37,718 bases of DNA. Source: an uncultured archaeon (GTDB taxonomy: Archaea > Asgardarchaeota > Heimdallarchaeia > Heimdallarchaeales > Heimdallarchaeaceae). Shown here piece by piece: positions 7,208 through 16,419 of the stretch. The number at the start of each line of letters is the position of its first letter. Position 1 is the first letter of the stretch. The notes under the pieces were generated by a model that saw only the letters and a list, made by a program, of their open reading frames with translations, was not told the DNA's origin and ran no database searches. The DNA lies in NCBI GenBank assembly GCA_964534625.1, contig CAZHRF010000001.1:172039-209756 (forward strand), given 5' to 3'. The position numbers were made by a program, and so were the translations under genes.

Positions 7208-7675
7208 ATGGACGTAAAAAATCAACGTAGGCTAGCTGCAAAAATACTGAAAGTCGGTGTTAATCGCGTGAAAATTGATCCTGACTCTCTTGATGATCTC
7301 TCTTTGGCTATTACTCGAGAAGATATTCGAAAACATATAGATATGGGTGATATTCGTAAGAGAAGAACAAAAGGTGTAAGCAGGGGAAGAGCTCGCAAAG
7401 TCACAAAAAAGAAGCAACGAGGACAACGTCGAGGACATGGTAGTCGCGAAGGACCTAAATACTCTCGTTTATCTAGTAAACGTCGTTGGATTAATCGAAT
7501 TCGTGCTCAACGTAAGTTCTTAAAGATGCTTCGTGATGAAGGGTATATAGAAACAATTCATTACCGTCGGTTATATGCTCAAGCAAAAGGTGGTTTGTTC
7601 CGTAATGTTCGCTATTTGCGTAACTATATTGTGGAACACAGCTTAGCCAAAAAACGATTACCTGATTTAGAATAG
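7208..7675 (+). CDS. rpl19e: 50S ribosomal protein eL19
   Basis: QRRLAA.ILKVG.NRV.IDP...AITREDIR...GVSRGRAR...GSR.G...W...IRAQR..L..LRD...Y..AKGG.F. Confidence 0.97.
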   Translation: MDVKNQRRLAAKILKVGVNRVKIDPDSLDDLSLAITREDIRKHIDMGDIRKRRTKGVSRGRARKVTKKKQRGQRRGHGSREGPKYSRLSSKRRWINRIRAQRKFLKMLRDEGYIETIHYRRLYAQAKGGLFRNVRYLRNYIVEHSLAKKRLPDLE

Positions 7676-7688
7676 AAAGGTGGTTTTG

Positions 7689-8348
7689 ATGTCAAAATCA
7701 AAGAAAGCTAAAAGAAAAAGTTATAAAAAACGTAAAGGAGTGCCTCCAAAGAAAAGGCATGGACCTTTATACAAAGTTCCATTCCGTAGACGTAGAGAAC
7801 TAAAAACAGATTATAGTCAAAGAAAACGTTTACTCAGATCAGGTAGAACCCGTATAGTTATACGACCCTCTAGCAAGCATGTTATAGTTCAGTTTGTTAA
7901 ATCAAAAATTGGTGGAGATCAAACTCTTGTTCAAACTCGTTCATATGAACTTGAACAATATGATTGGGATATCTCAACATCCAATCTACCCGCCGCTTAT
8001 TTAACTGGTTATTTAGCTGGTAAAAAAGCATTAAAAGCCGATATTGATGACGCTATTCTTGACCTAGGTATTTTTGAAGCTATACCAGGAACAAGAATTT
8101 TTGCTTCATTAAAAGGTGTGATTGACGCTGGAGTTAATGTGCCATGTAATAAAAGTGGAAAAAAATCTATGTTTCCCGAAGAGAGTCGAATACGAGGAGA
8201 ACATATTGCAGAATATGGCAAGGTTCTATCTAGTGAAGATAAAGAAAAGTATGAAAGCTTATTTTCAGGCTACTTATCTGTAAAAAAGAAACCAGAAGAC
8301 GCTCCTAAATACTTTGAAAAAACTAAAGAGAAAATTAATGAGCTATGA
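7689..8348 (+). CDS. rpl18: 50S ribosomal protein uL18 (basic N-terminal extension)
   Basis: GP.YKVPFRRRRE.KTDY..R..LL.SG...NLPAAYLTGYLAG...ILD.G...G..DAG..VP...RI.GEHI. Confidence 0.96.
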   Translation: MSKSKKAKRKSYKKRKGVPPKKRHGPLYKVPFRRRRELKTDYSQRKRLLRSGRTRIVIRPSSKHVIVQFVKSKIGGDQTLVQTRSYELEQYDWDISTSNLPAAYLTGYLAGKKALKADIDDAILDLGIFEAIPGTRIFASLKGVIDAGVNVPCNKSGKKSMFPEESRIRGEHIAEYGKVLSSEDKEKYESLFSGYLSVKKKPEDAPKYFEKTKEKINEL

Positions 8349-8361
8349 GATGGTGAAATAG

Positions 8362-8997
8362 ATGAGTAGAAACAGATATTTTAGTATGGAAGATTGGCAA
8401 CCGAAAACAAGAGTAGGTAGATTAGTAAAAGAAGGCCGAATTAGTACCATGGATGAAATCTTTGAATTAGGATTACCTTTACTTGAACCAGAAATTGTAG
8501 ATATCCTTTTACCTGATTTAATTGATGAAGTTATTGATATTAAACTTGTACAAAGACAGTCTGATGCAGGAAGAAAGCGAAGATTTCGTGCTACAGTAGT
8601 TGTCGGAAATAAAGATGGTTATGTTGGCGTTGGAGAAGCCAAACTAAAAGAAATTGGCCCCGCAATTAGAAAAGCAATCACAAATGCAAAACTTAGTATA
8701 AAACCTGTAAGAAGAGGATGTGGATCATGGGAATGTACCTGTAATGGTCCTCACTCTGTACCTTTTAAAGTAAGAGGAAAAACAGGTTCAACAAAAGTAA
8801 TTTTAATTCCAGCACCCCGTGGTTTAGGACTGGTAGTCGGTGATATTGCCAAAACAGTATTAGACCTAGCAGGGATTAAGGATGTATGGTCAAAAACCTT
8901 CGGTGAAACAAGAACTTCAAGTAACTTTGCAAAGGCTACATTTGACGCATTGAAGAATACTTATGGTGTTATGACCCCATATGATTGGACAAAATGA
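8362..8997 (+). CDS. rps5: 30S ribosomal protein uS5
   Basis: W.PKT..GRLVKEG.I...EPEIVD.LLP...GN.DGYVG.G...RRGCGSWEC...HSVPFKV.G...PAPRGLG. Confidence 0.97.
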   Translation: MSRNRYFSMEDWQPKTRVGRLVKEGRISTMDEIFELGLPLLEPEIVDILLPDLIDEVIDIKLVQRQSDAGRKRRFRATVVVGNKDGYVGVGEAKLKEIGPAIRKAITNAKLSIKPVRRGCGSWECTCNGPHSVPFKVRGKTGSTKVILIPAPRGLGLVVGDIAKTVLDLAGIKDVWSKTFGETRTSSNFAKATFDALKNTYGVMTPYDWTK

Positions 8998-9009
8998 TAG
9001 GTGAAGAAA

Positions 9010-9495
9010 ATGAGTCAACAAAAACAATTTACATTACTCGCTGTCATAAGAATAAGGGGTAAAGTGAACCTGAATTACAAGATAGGACGTACTCTTAATA
9101 TGTTGAACTTAAAACGTACGAATTATATGACTATTGTACCCAAAACATCAACATATGAAGGCATGTTAAAACAGGCAAGTAAAGCTATTACTTGGGGTGA
9201 GATGACCCAAGAAACCCTAGAGTATGTATTAAGAAAACGAGCAGAGTTACCTGGGAGAAAGAACCTTAGTGATACATATTTGAAAGACAATACAAAGTAT
9301 GAAAGTATAAGTTCTTTAGCAGAAGCTATGATAAAAGGAGAAGCAACCTTAAATGATATCCCAGAGTTGAAAAAAGTATTCAGATTGCATCCACCTAAGA
9401 AAGGTTTCAAAAAAATCAAGTATTACTTTACTCAAGGTGGCGACTTAGGATACAGAGGTCCTGCCATCAATGAATTAGTAGTTAGAATGGCTTAA
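9010..9495 (+). CDS. rpl30: 50S ribosomal protein uL30
   Basis: AVIRIRG...TL.ML.L...TWGE...FRLHPP.KGF...GGDLGYRG..IN.L..RM. Confidence 0.96.
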   Translation: MSQQKQFTLLAVIRIRGKVNLNYKIGRTLNMLNLKRTNYMTIVPKTSTYEGMLKQASKAITWGEMTQETLEYVLRKRAELPGRKNLSDTYLKDNTKYESISSLAEAMIKGEATLNDIPELKKVFRLHPPKKGFKKIKYYFTQGGDLGYRGPAINELVVRMA

Positions 9496-9508
9496 ACAAG
9501 TGATAATT

Positions 9509-9961
9509 ATGACCAACAGAAAAAAGAAAAGAGTTAGAAAACAGAGAGGTTCTCAACATCATGGGTATGGAAAAGTTAATCCACATAGAAAAAGTGGAGA
9601 TAGGGGCGGCGTCGGAAGAAGTGGAGTTGATAAGCATCAATGGCTTAAAATTACTTCTGGCAAACGAGAACCTTTAGGAAAACACGGATTCACAAGGCCT
9701 CAAAGATTAGTTGAAAAAGTAGATACAATTAATGTATCTCATGTTGAAGCGATGTTACTTAAATTTAAAAACGAGGGTATAGTAGAAAAACAAAATAATC
9801 TCTATGAATTAAATCTAACTGAATTGGGTTATGATAAATTACTAGCTCAAGGAAATATCCGTACTCCTATGAAAATCACCATAGAAAAAGCTTCTAAAAG
9901 AGCAATTGAAAAAATTGAAGAAGTTGGTGGCGAACTAATTCTTGAAGAAAAACAAAAATAA
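9509..9961 (+). CDS. rpl15: 50S ribosomal protein uL15
   Basis: RK.RGS..HGYG...HR.SG.RGG.G..G..KH.W...GKHGF.RP...GYDKLL..G...S..A.EKIE..GG. Confidence 0.96.
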   Translation: MTNRKKKRVRKQRGSQHHGYGKVNPHRKSGDRGGVGRSGVDKHQWLKITSGKREPLGKHGFTRPQRLVEKVDTINVSHVEAMLLKFKNEGIVEKQNNLYELNLTELGYDKLLAQGNIRTPMKITIEKASKRAIEKIEEVGGELILEEKQK

Positions 9962-9987
9962 TCTCTTTTTTTTATCTTTTTATTCTT
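9962..9987 (+). terminator. oligo-T terminator after rpl15
   Basis: TCTCTTTTTTTTATCTTTTTATTCTT right after the stop. Confidence 0.55.
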
Positions 9988-10265
9988 AATCCTTCCAGAA
10001 TAAAACAAAAATTTTACTTTTTATTGATAAAATTCTTCTATAAACAGATTCTATCCTAAAAAGTTTATTTTTCCTTTCAACATGGTTGTAAAGTATTTCT
10101 TGTATAAAATCAATGTTAGTCAAAACGTACCCTGATTTAGAGTAAAGGGTGAGTGAACTATATGAGTAACTTAGATGTTAATTGGTGAATTTTTAGCTTA
10201 AACTTAAAAAATCAGATGAAAAAACATTTTTAAATCAAGAAAAATTGAAAGGATTGAGGACAAAA

Positions 10266-11720
10266 ATGACATCCATATTTCTGAAACTGTTTCAGCCGTT
10301 TCAACGTTTCGTTTTTGAAGTAAAGAAACCTGCAAAAAAACCTTCATTTAAAGCAAAATTATTATGGACTTTTGGTATACTTGGGATATACCTTGCAATG
10401 CTGAATGTTCCTATTGTAGGTGTTGAACAAGAGCAAGGAACTGACCCATTCTTTGCCATGAGAGCCATTTTAGCTTCTCAAAGAGGCAGTCTAGCTGAAT
10501 TAGGTATTGGTCCAATTGTTACTGCAGGTCTTATTATGCAGTTGCTTGTGGGTAGTCAAATTATTAAAGTTGATTTCTCTGATACAAATGAACGTGGATT
10601 GTATACTGGAACACAAAAAGTATTGTCCATTCTTATGACCATAGCTGAAGCTTTGGCTTATATTTTAGGTGGAGCTTATGGACAGGATTTGGCATTTGAG
10701 AGACAAATGCTTATCCTTATTCAACTAATAGCTGCGGGTTTTATTATTATACTAATGGATGAAGTTATACAGAAAGGATACGGTTTAGGTAGTGGGATCA
10801 GTCTATTTATCGCTGCGAGCGTGTCATTTAATATAGTAGACGGGATGTTTAATTTAACACAGGAAATGTCAGGAGACAAAATGTGGTATCGTGGGGCAAT
10901 ATTAGCTTTTTTCCAAGGTATATTTGTACATGACGATATTAGGACCCCCTTCCTTCGAACGGGGAGAACGCCAGATATGTTGGGTTTACTTGCCACTGTT
11001 GTTGTATTTGGTGTTGTCATTTATGTTGATTCAATTAGAATTGAAATTCCTGTACAACATTCTCAGTACAAAATGCCTGCTAGATATCCAATAAAATTCC
11101 TTTACACATCTAACATCCCTGTTATTCTAGTTAGTGCTTTATTTGCTAACATCTATTTTGTTAGCAACTTGATGAATAATAATTGGGAAGTAGGTGACCC
11201 TGGTATTAAGGGCTTCTTGATACGATTCTTTGGTGAATGGGGCCCAGTTGATCCAGCTAATCCACAAGGTCAACAACAACCTATAAGTGGATTAGCCTCA
11301 TTTACCACTGCGCCATATGGACCGGAACAGATAGTAGAAAGACCATGGCAAGCTGTGGTGTACCTTATATTGATGGTTATATTATGTGGTGCTTTCTCCC
11401 GTATATGGATAGATACTGCGGGAATGAGTTCAGCAAATGTAGCTCAACAACTTTTACAAGCTGATATGCAAATTCCTGGATTTAGACGGAACCCTCGTAT
11501 CATTGAACGTTACTTGGAACGTTATATTCCGACAGCTGCATGGCTTGGTGGTTTCTTTATTGGACTATTGGCTGCACTTGCGGATTTCATGGGAGCATTG
11601 GGAACTGGTACAGGTATATTGTTGACTGTAGGAATCTTGAAGCAGTATTATGAGATATTCGCAAGTGAACAAATAGCAGAAACGGCGCCGGCACTAGCTG
11701 GTTTCTTGGGAGTCAAATAA
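10266..11720 (+). CDS. secY: preprotein translocase SecY/Sec61-alpha
   Basis: ELGIGPIVTAGLIMQLL.G, GYGLGSGISLFIAA, YPIKFLYTSNIPVIL, QIPGFRR, GTGTGILLTVGI. Confidence 0.98.
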   Translation: MTSIFLKLFQPFQRFVFEVKKPAKKPSFKAKLLWTFGILGIYLAMLNVPIVGVEQEQGTDPFFAMRAILASQRGSLAELGIGPIVTAGLIMQLLVGSQIIKVDFSDTNERGLYTGTQKVLSILMTIAEALAYILGGAYGQDLAFERQMLILIQLIAAGFIIILMDEVIQKGYGLGSGISLFIAASVSFNIVDGMFNLTQEMSGDKMWYRGAILAFFQGIFVHDDIRTPFLRTGRTPDMLGLLATVVVFGVVIYVDSIRIEIPVQHSQYKMPARYPIKFLYTSNIPVILVSALFANIYFVSNLMNNNWEVGDPGIKGFLIRFFGEWGPVDPANPQGQQQPISGLASFTTAPYGPEQIVERPWQAVVYLILMVILCGAFSRIWIDTAGMSSANVAQQLLQADMQIPGFRRNPRIIERYLERYIPTAAWLGGFFIGLLAALADFMGALGTGTGILLTVGILKQYYEIFASEQIAETAPALAGFLGVK

Positions 11721-11809
11721 CCCAAATAATCCCCCCTTTTTTCTTTTTAACTTGATTATTCAATACTATGTCGAAAACCTTTTTTTATACCATATATAAT
11801 TTTGAATAA

Positions 11810-12421
11810 ATGATTGTGTATATACTTGTCGGTTTACAATTATCTGGGAAATCCTCTCATGGTGATAAATTAATGAAAGAATCTGGGATACCAATGATTG
11901 AAACTGGGCACGCTGTTTATATAACTCTTCAAGAAAAACAATTACAAGCTAATCATAAAAACACATCGAAAGTCATAAAGGATTTACTTTCTGAAGATCC
12001 ACTCTATTTTGCAAAAAAAATTTTGAATATAGAACAACAAAGGTATCTTAACTCTGATAAATTAGTTTTTAATGGTATTAAATCACCTGCAGAAATAGAA
12101 TATGTGGAAAACAAATTTGGAAAGAAAAATGTTATTGTAATTGCGTTTCATGCGAGACAAAGAACAAGATTTTTCAGAGTTAATAATATCGACCGTTTTT
12201 TAATATCTTCTTTCAATGAGAAAAAACAAGAAGACAAAGACTTAGGACAATGGAGAAACTTTATGGAAAGAGATCAGCGTGAAATTGATTTGGGAATAGG
12301 GATATCAATAGCACGAGCAAATTATGCTGTTGTGACAGAAGATAGATATTGGCCATATAATGGTTTTAATATCTCTTATCGAATCTTTCGGGAAATTGTT
12401 TTAAATAAAACCAAGGCGTAA
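11810..12421 (+). CDS. UPF0200 / dephospho-CoA-kinase-like P-loop kinase
   Basis: GLQLSGKS P-loop, G..SP.E, F.ERD.RE..LGIG..IA.A. Confidence 0.7.
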   Translation: MIVYILVGLQLSGKSSHGDKLMKESGIPMIETGHAVYITLQEKQLQANHKNTSKVIKDLLSEDPLYFAKKILNIEQQRYLNSDKLVFNGIKSPAEIEYVENKFGKKNVIVIAFHARQRTRFFRVNNIDRFLISSFNEKKQEDKDLGQWRNFMERDQREIDLGIGISIARANYAVVTEDRYWPYNGFNISYRIFREIVLNKTKA

Positions 12422-12458
12422 CAAATAGATTATCTGCAGAAAACAAAAGGTTTTTGCT

Positions 12459-13469
12459 TTAATTTGGTTTATATTTTGGATAGGTATTTACAGGCATAAG
12501 TACTCTCTTTACACTTGCTACTAATCCTTTTTTCTTTTCTTGGATTGCATTTGCTTCTAACTGGGCTTCACCAATTGCTATTAGTTCGTTTTTAATAGTA
12601 TGAATCGACAAAAGATCACCTTTTTCAAATACTGGATTATATTTTGTTATTGCTGGTAAAGCAACCGGTGCACCATGACACACTGTATCAACGGCATTAT
12701 CTTTAATAACTATTTTAGGAACATGTGTCACGCCGTATTCCATGGGTAAAATGACATTTCTAAGCGGTATGTCATTATTCTCCTCTTTGTACCACATATA
12801 TGCATCATATAACTCTTGTAATGTTGCAGAATGGTTATTTTCAGTAATAGGACCTGTTTTTGTTCGACGAAGTTCTTTCATATGGGCGCCACAGCCCAGG
12901 CTCTGACCAATGTCATGTGCAAATTTTCTTACATAAAAACCTGCTTGGCTTTCTATTCTGAATAAAACTTCTCTCTCTTTTATCTCGAGTATTTCTAAAT
13001 CATAGATCTCTCTTTTTCTTAGTACTCTTTTTACTGAAGCTCTAACGGGTGGTCTCTGATAAATAGTTCCTATATACTTATTCATTATTTTTTTTACAAT
13101 ATTTTTATCCATTTCTGAATGGAGAAACATATTACACACATATTCTTTTCCAGAAAGTAATAAAGTGTCCAACATTTTGGTTGCATTTTGTAATGCGATG
13201 GGTAAAACTCCAGTAACTGCAGGATCTAATGTACCACTATGTCCCGCTTTGGGGATATCTAAAATACGTTTAACATAACTAACCACCTCATGACTTGTAG
13301 GTCCAGCTGGTTTATCAAGATTAATTAAGCCATAATTTAGTAGTTCTTTGATTGTTCTTTCAGTAGGGATTTTACCATATTTATAATCAGTTGGTTCTTC
13401 GGTAATAATCGTGAAATCCAAATCATGATTATCCAGATTAATAGAAGATTTGCTGAATTTAACTGTCAT
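12459..13469 (-). CDS. cbf5: H/ACA pseudouridine synthase Cbf5 (TruB family, PUA domain)
   Basis: INLDKP.GPTSHEV, KAGHSGTLDP.VTGVL, YQRPP....VKR.LR.R, GAHM.ELRRT, KD.AV...CHGA. Confidence 0.96.
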   Translation of the reverse strand: MTVKFSKSSINLDNHDLDFTIITEEPTDYKYGKIPTERTIKELLNYGLINLDKPAGPTSHEVVSYVKRILDIPKAGHSGTLDPAVTGVLPIALQNATKMLDTLLLSGKEYVCNMFLHSEMDKNIVKKIMNKYIGTIYQRPPVRASVKRVLRKREIYDLEILEIKEREVLFRIESQAGFYVRKFAHDIGQSLGCGAHMKELRRTKTGPITENNHSATLQELYDAYMWYKEENNDIPLRNVILPMEYGVTHVPKIVIKDNAVDTVCHGAPVALPAITKYNPVFEKGDLLSIHTIKNELIAIGEAQLEANAIQEKKKGLVASVKRVLMPVNTYPKYKPN

Positions 13470-13688
13470 TATTATCCACCAATTAGTGCACGATATCGTA
13501 GAAAACTATTCATTAAAAAGGTGCTGAAATATGTTTACTTATTTATAGGTGTAACATTTTACCAAAATTTCGAAACATGAAATATGGAGAGTTTAGATAG
13601 AGCGAATAAATCCAGTAGTTTGAGATTAATACTAATAAAAAAATAAAAAAATGATAGTAACTGTCATTTATTAACGTAAATAAGAATA

Positions 13689-13970
13689 TTATATTGCTTT
13701 AGGAACGATGGGTTCCGACATATATTCTTTTAAGCTTGATTCTTCGATTGCAGAAATAACCTCTTCATCACTTGCACCCTTTTTGATTGAGATTTCCTTC
13801 TCTGTAGGTTCCAAATGATTTAAGTTACATCTACGTCGGCGAACCTTGCTAATTTCTTTTGGTCCAGTTACCAGTACATAGTTTTGATTTATAATATCAA
13901 CAATGACTGCTTTTTTACCAGCTTCTCTTCCATTTGTTTTAACTATTATCCTTCCGACTTTAATTGTCAT
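13689..13970 (-). CDS. rpl14e: 50S ribosomal protein eL14
   Basis: VGRI.VK..GREAGKK.VIVDII..N.VLVTGPK....V.RRR.N..HLEPT; start 13970 after a GGTGA SD. Confidence 0.95.
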   Translation of the reverse strand: MTIKVGRIIVKTNGREAGKKAVIVDIINQNYVLVTGPKEISKVRRRRCNLNHLEPTEKEISIKKGASDEEVISAIEESSLKEYMSEPIVPKAI

Positions 13971-13975
13971 GTATT

Positions 13976-14509
13976 TCACCTTATTATTGTTTTTGATGCG
14001 CAAAAAAGGATTTCTGCACAATCTTCTGCACTAAAACGTGCTGTATTAACGATGATATCATAAATTGATGTATCAATGATATCAATATTATATAGCGATT
14101 TATAACGCATTTTTTCTGATTTTTCCCTTAACATTGTTTCTTGGCGAATCTTTTCTAAATTTTTACCATCGCGATTTGAGATCCGATTTACCCTTACTTC
14201 GAATGGAGCCGTTATATATACTAATAAACAAGCCTTGTCACGAAGTAACCAACCTGAAAGCTGGGCATCAATGATAAGATTGTCAAACTTTTCTGCTAGT
14301 TCTAGAGTTCGATTATCAATAAGTCTATCTATTTCTTCGTAAGTTTCAGCTTTTTTGCTATATTCTTCAAGAGATAAATTATTTTTATTTGCCATTTCTC
14401 GAAATAATTTTCCTGCAGACACATACTTATATCCAATACGATCAGCTAATTTACGTGCAGCAGTACTTTTTCCTGAACCGTGTGGCCCAGAAATGGCAAT
14501 GATTGGCAA
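13976..14509 (-). CDS. cmk: archaeal cytidylate kinase
   Basis: IAISGPHGSGKST.A, SAG..FRE.A, EID..ID, RE.SE..RY...Y.ID; TTG start with GGAGG SD. Confidence 0.93.
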   Translation of the reverse strand: MPIIAISGPHGSGKSTAARKLADRIGYKYVSAGKLFREMANKNNLSLEEYSKKAETYEEIDRLIDNRTLELAEKFDNLIIDAQLSGWLLRDKACLLVYITAPFEVRVNRISNRDGKNLEKIRQETMLREKSEKMRYKSLYNIDIIDTSIYDIIVNTARFSAEDCAEILFCASKTIIR

Positions 14510-14527
14510 GAGAATTACCCTCCAAGA

Positions 14528-14788
14528 CTACTCTCGAATTTCAGCTTTTATGGCTGATTTCAAGCATCTAGGACATAAATATCCTCCATGGACGCGGTTG
14601 GGGTGCCTTTGAGACTTTGATGTTTTTCTGACCTTACTTTGAGGTCCATGAACTACACCATTTAGCTTTGCACCACAAACTCCACAATGGGGGTGAGAAT
14701 GTGTTTTTTCTACTTTATTTATGACTTTTCCTCTTCCAGGAACTCTTGTATTTTTTGTTTTAGCCGCATGAAGTGATGGTTTGACCAT
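14528..14788 (-). CDS. rpl34e: 50S ribosomal protein eL34
   Basis: R.PG...CGVCG..L.GV...K..R.PNR..GGYLC..CL; start refined to 14788. Confidence 0.92.
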   Translation of the reverse strand: MVKPSLHAAKTKNTRVPGRGKVINKVEKTHSHPHCGVCGAKLNGVVHGPQSKVRKTSKSQRHPNRVHGGYLCPRCLKSAIKAEIRE

Positions 14789-14843
14789 TAGTATTCCTCT
14801 ATATATTTTTTTCAAGTATGTACGTGAGATTGAAAACTTTGTA

Positions 14844-15503
14844 CTATTTTTTAGATATACGCTGTTTCTCAAGTTTTTTCTTATTGTCAGTTGTGGGTGT
14901 AGGAGTTGCAGTAGTACCAAATATTCGACCAATTAAACTACCAAAAGCAAAACTGCTTAAGAAATACCAAAAAGTAAAACTCAGCTTAGAATAACCAGCG
15001 AACTCTCCTTGTTCATCTCGAGGGGGATTAGGTTGACTACCACTTACTTCACTCCATGGTCTTTTAGTGATCCATGGAAAATCACCAATATTGAACGGTA
15101 ACCATGCATAATAATGCCCCTGAAAAGTACGCCGAAGAATAGAAAAAATGATCAAGAAAGGTATAAATGTTACTAACATAGGTGCCATTCTTTTTGTCAT
15201 CATCTGAGTTTGAAGTTTTTTAATTGAATCTTCTTGTCGTTTAACAACAATCCATAGTTTTCTATTTGCTGTCTCCATGGCTTCTTTACGTTTTCTATTC
15301 CATTCCATTACCTTTTGTTGCTTTTCATTCAAAGATTTAGTATCAACTAGTAATTTGGTAACCAATGTTGAGAACAAACCAATAGTAATGCTGGTTAAAG
15401 ATATGAACACAGCTGATGCTGGTCTTGTTGCCCATCCATTTGAACTAATCCATAAAGCAATATTGTTAAGTAATGAATCCCACGGTGCCATAGTACATAC
15501 CAT
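14844..15503 (-). CDS. DUF106 / EMC3-TMCO1-Get1 (Oxa1 superfamily) membrane insertase
   Basis: TM1, coiled coil, PMLVTFIPF..IF TM, then WYFL.SF TM; usual neighbour of rpl34e. Confidence 0.85.
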   Translation of the reverse strand: MVCTMAPWDSLLNNIALWISSNGWATRPASAVFISLTSITIGLFSTLVTKLLVDTKSLNEKQQKVMEWNRKRKEAMETANRKLWIVVKRQEDSIKKLQTQMMTKRMAPMLVTFIPFLIIFSILRRTFQGHYYAWLPFNIGDFPWITKRPWSEVSGSQPNPPRDEQGEFAGYSKLSFTFWYFLSSFAFGSLIGRIFGTTATPTPTTDNKKKLEKQRISKK

Positions 15504-15627
15504 ATGTTAATTTGCTATTTAACTGTGAAAAAAATTTCATTTAAAAGGTTTTGTTAACTTGAGTATTTATAATTGGCATTAGTTGTAGTATTTAATATAT
15601 TCAAAAAGACAACAATAAATTTGTAAA

Positions 15628-16353
15628 CTATTTCTTTTTGAGTAATAAAAAGAAGTTATCTGCTCCAGATTTGCCACCTAATACGGATAAATCACAGATA
15701 CTAAATTCTACCTTTTTTATAATCTGTTTTAGTTCATTTTCGGTAAAAAGATGATAATATCGGAATGAAATTATCTCGCCCGATGAATTATGCCAAGGTA
15801 TAAGGATATCTCCATGTCTCCAGTTTTTATTCTTCAATTTCTTAAAAGGAAATAGAAATAATTCTTTTAACATAGGTATCATTGTGTTTTTCTTCCATTT
15901 TCTCCAAACTGATATAATAAGAAAACAATTAGGTTTAAGCACACGATATATCTCATTGAGGGTTTGAATAACTTGTTTCTTAGATGGAAGATGATGCAAA
16001 GTAGCGATAGCGATCCCTAAGTCAATAATATTTTTATGAAGTGATATATTTCTTATGTCTCCATTAATAATATTTGCTGAATTGGAAAGAGAAACATGAT
16101 TCTTTAATAATTCAAAAGAAATATCTACAGAAATATATTCCCATTTATGACTATCGAACAGTAGTAAATTTCTTCCATTTCCACCCCCAAAATCACCCAA
16201 CAAACCATGTTTTGGAATACTATGTCGTTTTTTTAAATAAGATAAATATTCTTTGAAGTCTTTCCAAGGCTTTCGTTTTAGTCTTTCATATATGGGGGCA
16301 ATACTTGAATAAGATTTTACCACATCTGTAACTTTGTTTTTCTTATTACTCAT
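15628..16353 (-). CDS. class I SAM methyltransferase, Trm9/ALKBH8-like
   Basis: DFGGGNGRN, IATLHHL, E..RVLKP...LI..W, D.LIPW, RYYHLF.E.EL. Confidence 0.75.
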   Translation of the reverse strand: MSNKKNKVTDVVKSYSSIAPIYERLKRKPWKDFKEYLSYLKKRHSIPKHGLLGDFGGGNGRNLLLFDSHKWEYISVDISFELLKNHVSLSNSANIINGDIRNISLHKNIIDLGIAIATLHHLPSKKQVIQTLNEIYRVLKPNCFLIISVWRKWKKNTMIPMLKELFLFPFKKLKNKNWRHGDILIPWHNSSGEIISFRYYHLFTENELKQIIKKVEFSICDLSVLGGKSGADNFFLLLKKK

Positions 16354-16419
16354 ATATTATGGAAAGAAAGAAAGAATATTATAAAATATTGGTTCAGAAG
16401 TGAGGTGAACCGAATAAAT

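Noticed and set aside
10082-10233. Short ORFs and an ACCCT/AGGGT hairpin upstream of secY, including MSNLDVNW-UGA as possible selenocysteine readthrough
   Set aside because: The readthrough frame stops at TAA 10231-10233 and is out of frame with secY; no convincing SECIS or C/D boxes
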